From Octopus sinensis (lineage: Eukaryota), in contig NC_043010.1 of NCBI RefSeq assembly GCF_006345805.1, positions 45,012,001 through 45,076,000 of the forward strand: a stretch of 64,000 bases of DNA, written 5' to 3'. How positions within the stretch are numbered: the stretch's first letter is position 1; the number at the start of each line of letters is the position of its first letter. The position numbers were made by a program, and so were the translations under genes. Positions 42,688-55,367 of this stretch are shown one piece after another. The notes beneath the pieces were generated by a model, which was given only the letters and a program-made list of their open reading frames with translations, was not told the origin of the DNA and did not search any database.

Positions 42688-42850
42688 TCATATATACATG
42701 TATACATATACATATATTTATATATACATATTGATATTTACATTGTTATATATACATATATACATATATTACAATTATATATTTAAAAGATGAGGAATTA
42801 TGCACATTATTTCCATTTGACGGGTATTTGTCCTAATCTTTTTAGTTGTT

Positions 42851-42896
42851 AGCACAACGTTTCGGCTGATATACTCTCCAGCCTTCATCAGGTGTC
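42851..42896 (-). ncRNA. Minimal type I hammerhead motif (PLE-type)
   Basis: GACAC-CTGATGA-A-GGCTG…CAGCC-GAAA-CG-TT-GTGC, with the palindromic ACGT stem III. Confidence 0.7.
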
Positions 42897-43074
42897 TTGG
42901 GGAAATTTCGAACATTGGTTCTAATTCCTAAGGTATTTTTCGATGTTGTTGTTGTTGTTGTTGTTGTTGCTGTTATTATTATTATTATTATTATTACTAC
43001 TACTAATAGTGTTTAAGAGCGTGGGTTACTAACCTCAAGATTCCGAGCTCGATTCCACGCAGAGGACTGAATAA

Positions 43075-43150
<76 letters not shown>

Positions 43151-43203
43151 TTAACATCGAAAAATACCTTAGCAATGAGAACCCAGTTTCGAAATTTCCT
43201 CAA

Positions 43204-43249
43204 GACACCTGATGAAGCCTCGAGAGTATCTCGGCCGAAACGTTGTGTT
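43204..43249 (+). ncRNA. Minimal type I hammerhead motif (same family as 42851-42896)
   Basis: GACAC-CTGATGA-A-GCCTCGAGAGTATCTCGGCC-GAAA-CG-TT-GTGTT. Confidence 0.7.
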
Positions 43250-43307
43250 AACATCAAACAAGGTGAGGACAAATATCCGTCAAACATATAATGTAAGTAA
43301 TTCATAC

Positions 43308-43382
<75 letters not shown>

Positions 43383-43497
43383 TATACTTATATGTACATA
43401 TATGTACATATATGTATATATATATATATATACACATTTACATATATATACATACATATATCTATATGTATGTATATGCAGTATATATATATATATC

Positions 43498-43557
<60 letters not shown>

Positions 43558-44548
43558 GTTTCTTCTTCCCCCTCTGGTCGGATTAGAAATAGAACGTGCC
43601 TTTTATATCTTGTAGAGTCTTTTATAATTATGAAAATGAACGATTCTGTCTTAAATTCGAGAGGAAAGAGTTTCTCTTGTAAATATATATCCAAATTTCT
43701 TTTCATTAACCTTAAATAGTTTTATTGATTACCTCTTTTCATTTTCCTAATTAGTTCTTATTACACTCTTAGGTTCTGTGTATGTACATATTCTGTGTGT
43801 GTGTATGTATGTATGTGTGATTTTTAGCCTCGTGTAATATATATATATATATATATATTCGTTTTTCAGTATTAATATGTATATGTAAAAGTCTCTATGG
43901 TTTTTCCTGCTAGTGAACCTGTTACGTTATATTCTACTATACACACGTGGCTTTGTTTACATTATACTTCGTCTAGACCTGTTACCATTTTAAAAAACAT
44001 ATCCTTTAGACTTTTATTCTTGTTTTTATGTTATAGTATACTGCACATATAGACGTGCATACACATTGATATGTCTGTCTTTTTTTCTCTTTCGTCTCTC
44101 TCACTATTATTATTACTATTGTTTTTTCCCTTTCCCAACTTGCTTGAAAACATCTGATTTCTCCCTATTAACCATTTTGTAATCTCCTTTATTGTATATT
44201 TTATTTTATTAAAATTTTTTTGATGTCCTTCCAAACATTCTTCACACTGATGAGACTGACAAAGCAAAAATATAATTATAATTACTATAATTATATTTTT
44301 TCTGACATATTTGTATTATCCTTAGAAACACGCGTATGTATTGAATCCTAATTTGTATTAAATCTAATTTTGAATGCAACATCTTTTTCTCCTCCATTAT
44401 TCCATAATTGTTTTATGGTATATTTATACCTATAACGATATTTTTGAACTATATATATACATATGAATATATACATATATATATATATATATATATTTAT
44501 ATACATACACACACATACACATACACACACATACACACACCCGCACAT

Positions 44549-44596
<48 letters not shown>

Positions 44597-44603
44597 CTCT
44601 GTA

Positions 44604-47172
44604 GTTTCAGCTCAGAGCTACGTCCATGCTGATGCACCGCCGTTTTGCCACACTGTTATTACTGAGATTCTCCTCCAATATGTGGCACTTGGTGAAGAAT
44701 GGAGTTTGATGTAGCTACCCTCATTTGCACCTCTTGCCGTGTGGTAGGTTTGTCTGGGACTTTCGACAGGAAAAGGTCCAGCTTTGATTTAAAAACCCCT
44801 ACATCTACTTTGTGCAAGTTCCTCAGACTCTTTGGGAGAATATTAAAAGCTGTGAGCTCCTGAAACCCAGGCTGTTGCAGTAACTGGTCCTGAAGCGTGA
44901 TGGCGTTGCTGGGATCTTTGGCTCTATGCAGTGCCGACCCGTTCTGGTATTGGTATAGCTTTTAATGCCAAAATTTGACACAATTCCTTCCAGGCTCTTC
45001 CAAATGTATATTACTGCATATATCTCCCGCTTTCGCTCCAGGGAGTAGAGTCATACTGTTTCAGCCTTTCCCAGTAGCTGAGCAGTTGCAAGGAGAAGGT
45101 CTCCTTTGTGAATCTTCTCTGGGTTAATTCAAGGTCCGCTGTTAATTTTACACAGTTGGGTGACCATAGCTGTGAGCAGTAATCCAGGTGAATGAGGACG
45201 AATGTCCTCCATAGTACCATCATGGTTTCCTTATCTCTAGTTCTGAATGTTCTCAGGCTCCATCCAGCCAGTTGTCTGCACTTTGTTGCCATCCTGGTAA
45301 TGTACACTTGGAAAGAGGTATCATCCCTCATGTCGATATCCAGGTCCCCTCACTGATTTACGCTCTGGGATTGTAATTCCCTATGGACTAGTATACCCTG
45401 TAGGTTTCATATTCAGTTTTGGACGCTGGTAGCGCAGGGCCTGGAGGTTTTCAGCATTAAACTGCATATTATTATTCTCAGTGCATCCAACTCCTGCTGC
45501 AGATGTGCAACATCGTTAGGGTTCTATATTTTCTGCAAGACTTTCATTTCGTCTGCATAGCTTGCAAGGGTGGCTCTCTGGGCACTTGCGGGCATATCTG
45601 AGAGGGCCACTATGAAAAGCAGTGGTCCCAAGACAGTGCCCTGTGGAACACCGCTCACTATTTGTGTTTTCATTGAGGTGGCTCCATTGGCCACTACTGC
45701 CTGACTTCTATGTTTCAGAAAGTCATCTAACCACTCTCCAAGTTTTGCAGCTATGTCGAGATCACGCAGTTTGTGGCATATCATACCATGATCCACCTTG
45801 TCAAAAGCTTTTGGAAAATCAAGGTATATCACGTCCACATTTGAGTTTATGATTAACTGCCTTAACACCCAGTCATAATGTTGTAAGAATTGAGTCAGAC
45901 AGCTTCTACCTGGTCGAAAGTCATGCTAGGTACCACTCAGCAAGTTATTTTCTTCAAGGAATGCGATTAGTTTCCCTTTGACTATCCGTTCTATGATTTT
46001 GCTAATGTGTGAAGTCGGAGAGATAGGCTTAAAGTTTTTGGCATCTGCTCTGCTTCCCCCTTTATCGTTTGGGAATATTATTCCTTCCTTCAGCTTGTTT
46101 GGCAGTCAGCCATTTGCAAGAAAGCTCTAGAAGAGAATCTGGAAGGGTTTTGCCAGGGCACACTTACATGATTTGAGGAGGATTGCTGGGAAACCATCAG
46201 GACCAGCAGTTGAGTTTGAGTCCACCTCATCTATGTCTAATATTATATCTTCTTCGCTAATGTCGATGTACTACATAGTAACTGCCTCACTAGTTATAGG
46301 TGAGGCGGCAAAGAAGTCCACTGGTTCGTTCACTTGTCTGTATACCAATGGGGTGGTAAAGACACTTTAGAACTGGTCTTTCCGTACCTCACTGACCTTG
46401 GTTGGACTGTCTGTGAGGGAGCCATCGTTTTGGAAGAGGGGTCCTATCTTGCAGCGTACTGAGGCTGTTTCTTTCGCGTAATGAAAGAAGGCCTTTGGGT
46501 TTGACTTAAGGTATTTTTATAACCTAGGTTCCTTTGTCTGCTCTCTCCCTCACATGGGATTGTTGCAACCTTTTCTCAATCTCCATCAGTGTTGCTTTTA
46601 GGCGGGACTTTTCGCTACTTTTGGGATGCTGGTTGAATCGATTTGCAACCTTCGTCCTTCGTCTCATGAGGATCTTCCTCTCCCTTGGAATCCTGTTCCC
46701 ATTTGTTTTGGCCTTGTACTCTGGGATATATTTCTGACATATGGCTTGCACAACAGACATGAAACATTCTAGTTTCATGCCAATGTCAGGTGTGGAGAGA
46801 CATTTCGGCCAGTCCTGTCTGGGGATCTCATTTTGGATCGATTTCCAGTCTGCTTAGTAGAAGTTCAGACTGGAGAGATTTCGGGTGCTTCCTTTACGCT
46901 GTATGTCTCTGGCTGCTTTCGGCCCAAACCTAGACAGCTCTATTATGTTGTGATCCGAGACTAATGTCGGCGTCACTCTCACATCATGAACGATATCCAT
47001 ATTGTTCCTGAATCAGAGATCCAAAATGTTATTCGCCCTAGTTGGTCTGAGTACAGCTTGCTCCATGAATAGGGCATTGGTGAGGTTGAGCACGGACTCC
47101 ACCTGTGATTGCTTGCAATGAGTCATTCCTGAGAGCATGAGACCTTCGGGCCATTTGACGTTGGGGAAGTTG
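44604..47172 (-). mobile_element. 5'-truncated CR1-clade LINE (end of APE, RT and 3' tail)
   Basis: FNFPNVKW at ~47150-47170, DVIYLDFPKAFDKVDH, SGVPQGTVLGPLLF, SYADE, HLDYCSQLWSP, and a 3' tail GGCGGTGC…CAGCATGG…CTGAAAC. Confidence 0.92.
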
Positions 47173-47217
47173 AATTAATGGGGGTACAAGGATTAGATTT
47201 ATTTAAGGCTACTATAA

Positions 47218-47252
<35 letters not shown>

Positions 47253-47524
47253 TAATAATAACAATAACAATAATAAAATGATCAGTTAGGGTAGAGCATC
47301 ATAGAAAAGGAATAAAAACAGCCTAAACACTAAAAACCATAATAAAATATCCATACCATATTAACTTCAGTAGCAAGTATTTATAAGAAATGTATAATAA
47401 TTTAAGTATTAAGAGCTAAAAATTGTTAATTAACTTATTTAGCTTATTATAATCAGGAGTGAAACTCGGTATTGGTTAAAAGAATAATTGTTGTTAAAAG
47501 GACATTACTAATCATATACTAATA

Positions 47525-47695
47525 GGCGCAGGAGTGGCTGTGTGGTAAGTAGCTTGCTAACCAACCACATGGTTTCGGGTTCAGTCCCACTGCGTGGCAT
47601 CTTGGGCACGTGTCTTCTGCTATAGCCCCGGGCCGACCAATGCCTTGTGAGTGGATTTGGTAGACGGAAACTGAAAGAAGCCCGTCGTATATATG

Positions 47696-47746
<51 letters not shown>

Positions 47747-47949
47747 CTGTGATTGTCCCCCCAGCATTGCTTGACAACCGATGCTGGTGTGTTTACGTCC
47801 CCGTCACTTAGCGGTTCGGCAAAAGAGACCGATAGAATAAGTACTGGGCTTACAAAGAATAAGTCCCGGGGTTGATTTGCTCGACTAAAGGCGGTGCTCC
47901 AGCATGGCCGCAGTCAAATGACTGAAACAAGTAAAAGAGTAAAAGAGTA
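47525..47949 (+). mobile_element. Young SINE family A copy
   Basis: Only a few substitutions relative to 24490-24900 outside the internal microsatellite. Confidence 0.85.
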
Positions 47950-48079
47950 ATATTAAATTAAGAGGTATAATATAGATTTCAAAAGTTATTTGTGTTAATC
48001 CAAAAATGATATTACAGTTTCTTAGGGGTACTTAATAAGAAGCGATGTTTGTATAAAACCAATATAAATACCAAAATTT

Positions 48080-48720
48080 ATGCCTTCTACTGCATATTTC
48101 ATGTACCCAGAGTTTAGCAGTGTGTCGAGTAGCATTCATTTTAAGAATCTGTGGAAATCTGTGAGGTGGCATAATATGAGATTCGTTACTACCAACTCTT
48201 AAAACCAACGGTGTACATCACTCTAGAGACATCAAAAAAATCTGCATATAACCATCTACCATTCCTCCTGTTAGATGCTTGGTCTTGGCCAAAGTTTTTA
48301 TCACCAGAGAACAACTAAAGCATGCCATGATAGTGATGGTTTCTAATCTTGTTAAGTAACCGCTTGGCAGGTCAAACGGTTTTCCTGTGTCTTTGCAGAC
48401 AGTAATTGGTCCCTTCTCAAAAAATACAACTTTTATTGAATGCCCTCGTGCACCCCACTTCTGAGAGTACCCTTCAGCTCCTGAACTTCTTTAGTGATGT
48501 TCCCTATGGTTTTCTGGGGGTCATAATCGATAATGTTTTAATTCTCTTCGATAAATTTCGGGGTCCTTTCAGTATCTAAACATTTAGAACGGGTTGCCCC
48601 TCTCTTTTATACAGTTGAAAGACTCCCGTCAGAGGCATCTAATTCCTTTCGAATTTCATTTATAAAAGATCTTGCAGCATTTAGAAAGTTGGCAATTTCT
48701 AAATCGCTGTGTTCCACAAA
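48080..48720 (-). mobile_element. Decayed Tc1/mariner-superfamily transposase (maT/DD37D-like)
   Basis: Minus reading LFSGDKNFGQDQASNRRNGRWLYAD…SHIMPPHRFPQILKMNA resembles the FSDEKxF…NRRNDRWL…HVMPPHFF motifs. Many stops. Confidence 0.6.
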
Positions 48721-49135
48721 CCTAGCATCAATGAGTGCATGTCTTTTCATTTATCTGCAGCGGGAGATCAGACAAAAATAAAAGCATTTTAACTGAGAGT
48801 AGTATACTGACAATCAAGTGTCCTCGAATAATCCTTATAGACTGTATGTGTGCATGTGTATGTACAGACACACACATACATACATGCATGTATACATACA
48901 TACATACACACATATAAATATACATTCACACACACATAGAGGTTCAGGCATGGCTGTGTGGTAAGAAGTATGCTTTCCAAACATGGTTCCGAGTTCATTC
49001 CCACTGCGTGGCACCTTGGGCAAGTGTCTTCTACTAAAGCCTCAGGCTGACCAAAGCCTTGTGAGTGGATTTGGTAGACAGAACCTGAAAGAAGCCCGCC
49101 GTATATAAATATATATATACACATACATACATACA

Positions 49136-49173
<38 letters not shown>

Positions 49174-49193
49174 ATAAATAATTTATATGTATG

Positions 49194-49225
<32 letters not shown>

Positions 49226-49227
<2 letters not shown>

Positions 49228-50690
49228 CATAGAAGTAAATATATGGCACAACGAAGTACCGATATTTACTGGAAATAGCGAACGTAATAATACGACGCTA
49301 ATGTATAGCTTCACCGAGTATGTACTAGCAAAAATGCTTGAGTGCAACAAACTTGAAAAAAATTGTCTTGCCTCCAGGAAGAACATCTGAAAGATGAAAT
49401 ACCTAGAAAAGGATAATGTGGGACCGGAGCCGGTTTCGGATTTTTCAAGATATGCCTGCACACATATACTTGATCTATCTTCAGCCAAACATATACCACG
49501 GCAACATTTCAGATGTTACCACATTAATGCCAATACACTCGACTGAAACGCCAAAACGCTAACAGAACGAGAACGGTGAAGAAGTTTCAATAAAATTAGT
49601 AATGCAATACGAGAGTATTGCCTTTCCAGTAAAGAATAGCCCGTGAGGGAAAATTATACATAGAAGTAATATATGGCACAACGAAGTACCGATATTTACT
49701 GGAAATAGCGAACGTAATAATACGACGCTAATGTATAGCTTCACCGAGTATGTACTAGCAAAAATGCTTGAGTGCAACAAACTTGAAAAAAATTGTCTTG
49801 CCTCCAGGAAGAACATCTGAAAGATGAAATACCTAGAAAAGGATAATGTGGGACCGGAGCCGGTTTCGGATTTTTCAAGATATGCCTGCACACATATACT
49901 TGATCTATCTTCAGCCAAACATATACCACGGCAACATTTCAGATGTTACCACATTAATGCCAATACACTCGACTGAAACGCCAAAACGCTAACAGAACGA
50001 GAACGGTGAAGAAGTTTCAATAAAATTAGTAATGCAATACGAGAGTATTGCCTTTCCAGTAAAGAATAGCCCGTGAGGGAAAATTATACATAGAAGTAAA
50101 TATATGACACAACGAAGTACCGATATTTACTGGAAATAGCGAACGTAATAATACGACGCTAATGTATAGCTTCACCGCGTATGTACTAGTAAAAATGCGT
50201 GAGTGCAACAAACTTGAAAAAAATTGTCTTACCTCCAGGAAGAACATCTGAAAGATGAAATACCTAGAAAAGGATAATGTGGGACCGTTCTGTTAGCGTT
50301 TTGGCGTTTCAGTTGAGTGTATTGGCATTAATGTGGTAACATCTGAAATGTTGTCGTGGTATATGTTTGGCTGATGAAGATAGATCAAGTATATGTGTGC
50401 AGGCATATCTTGAAAAATCTGAAACCGGCTCCGGTCCCACATTATCCTTTTCTAGGTATTTCATCTTTCAGATGTTCTCCCTGGAGGTAAGACAATTTTT
50501 TTCAAGTTTGTTGCACTCACGCATTTTTGCTAGTACATACGCGGTGAAGCTATACATTAGCGTCGTATTATTACGTTCGCTATTTCCAGTAAATATCGGT
50601 ACTTCGTTGTGCCATATATTTACTTCTATGTATAATTTTCCCTCACGGGCTATTCTTTACTGGAAAGGCAATACTCTCGTATTGCATTAC

Positions 50691-50698
<8 letters not shown>
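49226..50698. repeat. 430-bp tandem array (~2.5 units) followed by an inverted ~410-bp copy; full units carry a hammerhead motif
   Basis: ATGTGGGACC recurs at 49416, 49846 and 50277. Orientation switches at 50287/50288. HHRs lie at 49416-49492 (-), 49846-49922 (-) and 50363-50442 (+). Confidence 0.9.
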
Positions 50699-50722
<24 letters not shown>

Positions 50723-51447
50723 AGATAAACTTACTTGGAAATGGATGCGTGGCATTCAATCAAATAATATTCCTCTTCCTACCACTCCCCTCCTCTCCGC
50801 CTCTCCCCTCCCCTCCTCCTTCTCCTCCTCTCCCCTCCTTCTCCTTCTCATCCTCTCCCTCCTCTCCTTCTTTTCCTCCTCCTCTCTCCCCTCCCCTCCC
50901 CTCTCTTCTCTCCCCTTCTCACTCTCCCCACAACCCTCACTCTACCCCAACCCCCAGCCGAAACCACATCCCACATGGGCTTTCCCCACTCTCGACCCCC
51001 CACCTCAACACAACATCATACCACACTACACTACACCATACATTACACATCACAACACCCCACCCACAGCACACCGCCTACACACCCATCCCCACATCTT
51101 TACACCTACACATACATACACATATCACAACACAACACACCACCCACACACCCATCCCCATATCTCCACACCCACACATACATACATACATACACACGTC
51201 CAGACCATCAGCCCTCTTTCACACGCACATACATACTCTCTTCTACACACACGCACCTTTGTGTTGGGGCCACCTTCGTTTTGAAAGTCACTTGACCCTG
51301 TTATCTCCCCTACTGTCCCTCTAGTGTCTAACGTCTGACCTCTGACCTCTGACCTCTGCTTGAAGTCAGAACGCCATGATAGATCGTTAGCTCCTACACA
51401 CATTTTTTCTCTCTCCTAGTTTCTCTCCTTGTATTTTTTTCTGTGCA

Positions 51448-51485
51448 TCTTTCTGTCGAAGAGCGTAGGCTCGAAACGTAAAAGA
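51448..51485 (+). ncRNA. Minimal hammerhead-like motif with variant core CUGUCGA
   Basis: TCTTT-CTGTCGA-A-GAGC gtag GCTC-GAAA-CG-TA-AAAGA. Degenerate relatives lie at ~29340-29370 (-) and ~30660-30690 (-). Confidence 0.6.
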
Positions 51486-51593
51486 CTTTTTCTATTTCTA
51501 TTCCTGAGCGCCATACTAATACATTTGTTTCTTTGTACTCCACCTGCCTTCGTCTTTTGTTTATTATCGTAAACCTTCCCGTTATATATATAT

Positions 51594-51671
<78 letters not shown>

Positions 51672-53163
51672 AATTTTAATCCAAACGGGAAAACAAAAAA
51701 ACAACAACAGTGGAACAATTACAGTATTATTATTAATAGGCGCTCAGGAAATATGGAAGCAGGAAGGTATGACGTTTCGAGCGGAGCTCTTCGTCGGAAA
51801 CATAAAGAAGGAAGAGAGAGGAAAGAAAGATCCCAAAGTGGGCAACAGGAGATGGAGAAAAAAACGACTGGTGTTTACGAAGTACACATGGTGAAAGGCG
51901 GAAGTTTACGATAACAAGAGCAAAGTAGGTTTTTAAAGCCAAAAGAGTGGAGACAGGGTTGGTAACGCAACAGATGTGTGTGTATGTGTGAGTGTGTGCG
52001 TGTGCGTGTGTGTATGTGTGTGTGAGGCGAGATAAAAAAACAAAAAATATATGTATGTGTTAGTGTGTGCGTCTGTGTGTAGGCGTGTGAGGTAGGGCGA
52101 GACTGTAGTAGGCATAGTAGACAGTGGTCAGTAGTAAGAAAATGAAGGAAGGAGGAAGGGAGGGAGGGGAAGGGGTGGGGCGTATGTAGCGTGCCAGCGT
52201 GTGTTGAGTAGTAGTGTGTGTGTGTGTCCAGTGTCGTGGTAGTATTAATGGCGAGTAGATTTGAATGTGTGTAAGAGTAATGTATATATTTAAGCAATGT
52301 GTGTGTGTGAGTGGGTGTGTGTATGTGTGCGCGTGTGTGTAACAAAAAAGGGGGGGTTAAGGAAAAAGGACTCCAGCTGAGGGGAACATGGAAGAGTGGT
52401 CCCGCGGAGACGGGCGTGGGAGAACCCAGCGACAGGCGACGGTCCCAGGAACGAGCGGGGGTCTCGTCGGGTCCAAGAGCGACGTGCATGCAGCGCGTAT
52501 GCGTGCGCGAACCGGCGCAAGCGCGTGTGTGCGCGCACCTGCGAGTATGCGCGTAAGTATGTATGTGTGTGGATGTGTGAGTGTGTCTGTGTGTATGTCT
52601 GGGTGTCAGTGTGTCCGATGAATGTATGTGAGTATGTGTGTATATATGTGTGTGCATAGATGTATGTCCGTGTGTGTGTGTGTGTGTATGTGTATGAGTG
52701 TGTATGTATGTACGTGTGGGTGTGTGGAAGTGTGTGTATGTGCATGTGTGTGCGCGTACATACAGGTGTGTGAGTGAGTGTGTGTGTGTGTGTGTATGTA
52801 TGTGTGAGTGTGTATGTATGTGTGTGTAGGATGCATGTATGTGTATGGGTGTATGTATGTGTGTATGTATGTATGTGTACGTGCGTGTGTGTGTGTGTGT
52901 GTGCGTGTAGGTGTGCGCGTGTGCATGCATGCATGCATGTGCGTATGTGTGTGTGTGCATGTGTGTGGGTATATATGTATGTGCGTATATGTGTGTGTAT
53001 GTGCGTACATGTGTGTGTGTGTATGCATGTGTGTGTATGTAGGTGTGTAGGCGTGTGTGTATAGGTGTATGTATGTAAGTATGTATGGGTGTGTCCGTGT
53101 ATGTGTGTGTATGTATGTGTGTGTATGTAGGTGTGGGCGTGTGTATATAGGTGTATGTATGTA

Positions 53164-53209
<46 letters not shown>

Positions 53210-53265
53210 TATATATATATATATATATATAAGTATATATATTATATATATTAATATATATATAT

Positions 53266-53311
<46 letters not shown>

Positions 53312-53525
53312 TATATATATATATATATATAAAATATTATTTGAGACAAAACCACTATTTTGCAAAACAAACAAGGAAAGACTTAATCAATACATAAAAT
53401 TTAATAAATAGTCAATATATATATATAGTTAATCCAAACATGAGCAAAGAGAAAACACAATAACGCGAGGACGTGGAACAAGTATAGTGTTATTGGACGC
53501 TCAGGAAAAGAAAGAAAGAAGGAGC

Positions 53526-53560
53526 ATTTAACGTTTCGTGCGGAGCTCTTCGTCAGAAAT
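53526..53560 (-). ncRNA. Minimal hammerhead motif (CUGACGA family; relatives at ~33460-33490 and ~51772-51800)
   Basis: ATTT-CTGACGA-A-GAGC tcc GCAC-GAAA-CG-TT-AAAT. Confidence 0.6.
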
Positions 53561-53800
53561 ATAGAAAAAAGGAAAAGTCCAATGAAGGGAAGATGGAGAA
53601 AGAAATCGCCAACGATACACACGCGGTAGGCGTAGGAGTCGCTGTGTGATAAGTAGCTTGCTTACCAACCATATGCTTCCGGGTTCAATCTCACTGCGTG
53701 ACACCTTGGGCAAGTATCTTCTCACTATAGCCTCGGGCCGATCAAAGCCTTGTGAGTGGATTTGGTGGACGGAAACTGAAAGAAGCATGTCGTACATATG

Positions 53801-53853
<53 letters not shown>

Positions 53854-54106
53854 GTGTGTGTGTCTGTCTGGCTGTCTGTCTGTGTGTGTTTTTGTGTCTG
53901 TGTTTGTCCCCCCAACATCGCTTGACAACCGATGCTGGTGTGTTTACTTACCCGTAACTTAGCGGTTCGGCAAAAGAGACCGATAGAATAAGTACTAAGC
54001 TTACAAAGAATAAGGGGTAGATTTGCTCGGCTAAAGGCGGTGCTCCAGCATGGCCACAGTCAAATGACTGAAACAAGTAAAAGAGTACATATATATATAT
54101 ATATAT

Positions 54107-55367
54107 AACATTATTGGTGAATTGAAGAAATGGAGCTGAACGCAGATTGAACAGAAATCGTTTTATTTCATTCTACACGTGTTTCGAAAGGCACAAATTA
54201 CCAAAATCCGATTGAATAATGGGACCATATTGTGTCTTTCTCTTCAGGAAGAAAAAAGGAAATCCGTTGGAAACACAAAAACAGAACAGAGGCGGAGCAA
54301 AAAACAAATCGAACTGTGCTCCTAAGAGCCCATGGCGAAACTGTTTATCAGTGTATGTTGAGAACCGGTGGCTGAAGAATTCAACGGGTCAGGCATCGGT
54401 CAATCATGTGGGTGAGGGTGTATAGATGTTCTTTGTGACCGAGAATAAAGTTCTGACTATTTAAGGAATATTGGATGTTTTATAAGGGGCGAGAAAAAAT
54501 CTACTTAGAGACGTGTGTGTGTGTATACTGTTCTATATATGTGTGTGTTGGCGTAGGGGTAGAAAACATTTTTTCTGTACGTGTGTGCGTTTGATCGTTC
54601 GGCTGTCAGTGGCTACTGCCGTGATAACCGTTGGATGGCAGAAAGAAAAAAAAAAAAAATAAAAAAAAAAAAAAATATATATATATTATGTTTTATGTGT
54701 GTGTGTGTTCATCTGAGCCTGCCTTGTCAGCGGGGGGTTTCCTTGACAAGGCAGGCTCAGATGAACACACACACATAAAACATAATATATATATATTTTT
54801 TTATTTTTTTATTTTTTTTTTTTTTTTTCTTTCTGCCATCCAACGGTTATCACGGCAGTAGCCACTGACAGCCGAACGATCAAACGCACACACGTACAGA
54901 AAAAATGTTTTCTACCCCTACGCCAACACACACATATATAGAACAGTATACACACACACACGTCTCTAAGTAGATTTTTTCTCGCCCCTTATAAAACATC
55001 CAATATTCCTTAAATAGTCAGAACTTTATTCTCGGTCACAAAGAACATCTATACACCCTCACCCACATGATTGACCGATGCCTGACCCGTTGAATTCTTC
55101 AGCCACCGGTTCTCAACATACACTGATAAACAGTTTCGCCATGGGCTCTTAGGAGCACAGTTCGATTTGTTTTTTGCTCCGCCTCTGTTCTGTTTTTGTG
55201 TTTCCAACGGATTTCCTTTTTTCTTCCTGAAGAGAAAGACACAATATGGTCCCATTATTCAATCGGATTTTGGTAATTTGTGCCTTTCGAAACACGTGTA
55301 GAATGAAATAAAACGATTTCTGTTCAATCTGCGTTCAGCTCCATTTCTTCAATTCACCAATAATGTT
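54107..55367. repeat. 1.26-kb near-perfect palindrome (arms 54107-54729 and 54744-55367, 14-nt spacer) with a hammerhead in each arm
   Basis: The arms are reverse complements except in the homopolymer tract and one base near the centre. The track shows the same 68-aa ORF at 54219-54425 (+) and 55049-55255 (-). Confidence 0.92.

Noticed and set aside
49183-50693. Repeated ~100-120-aa ORFs (MAEDRSSICVQAYLEK…) and a CRISPR-like reading of the array
   Set aside because: The ORFs arise from the tandem unit and match no domain I recognise. The units are 430 bp with no unique spacers and no cas genes, and the DNA is eukaryotic.
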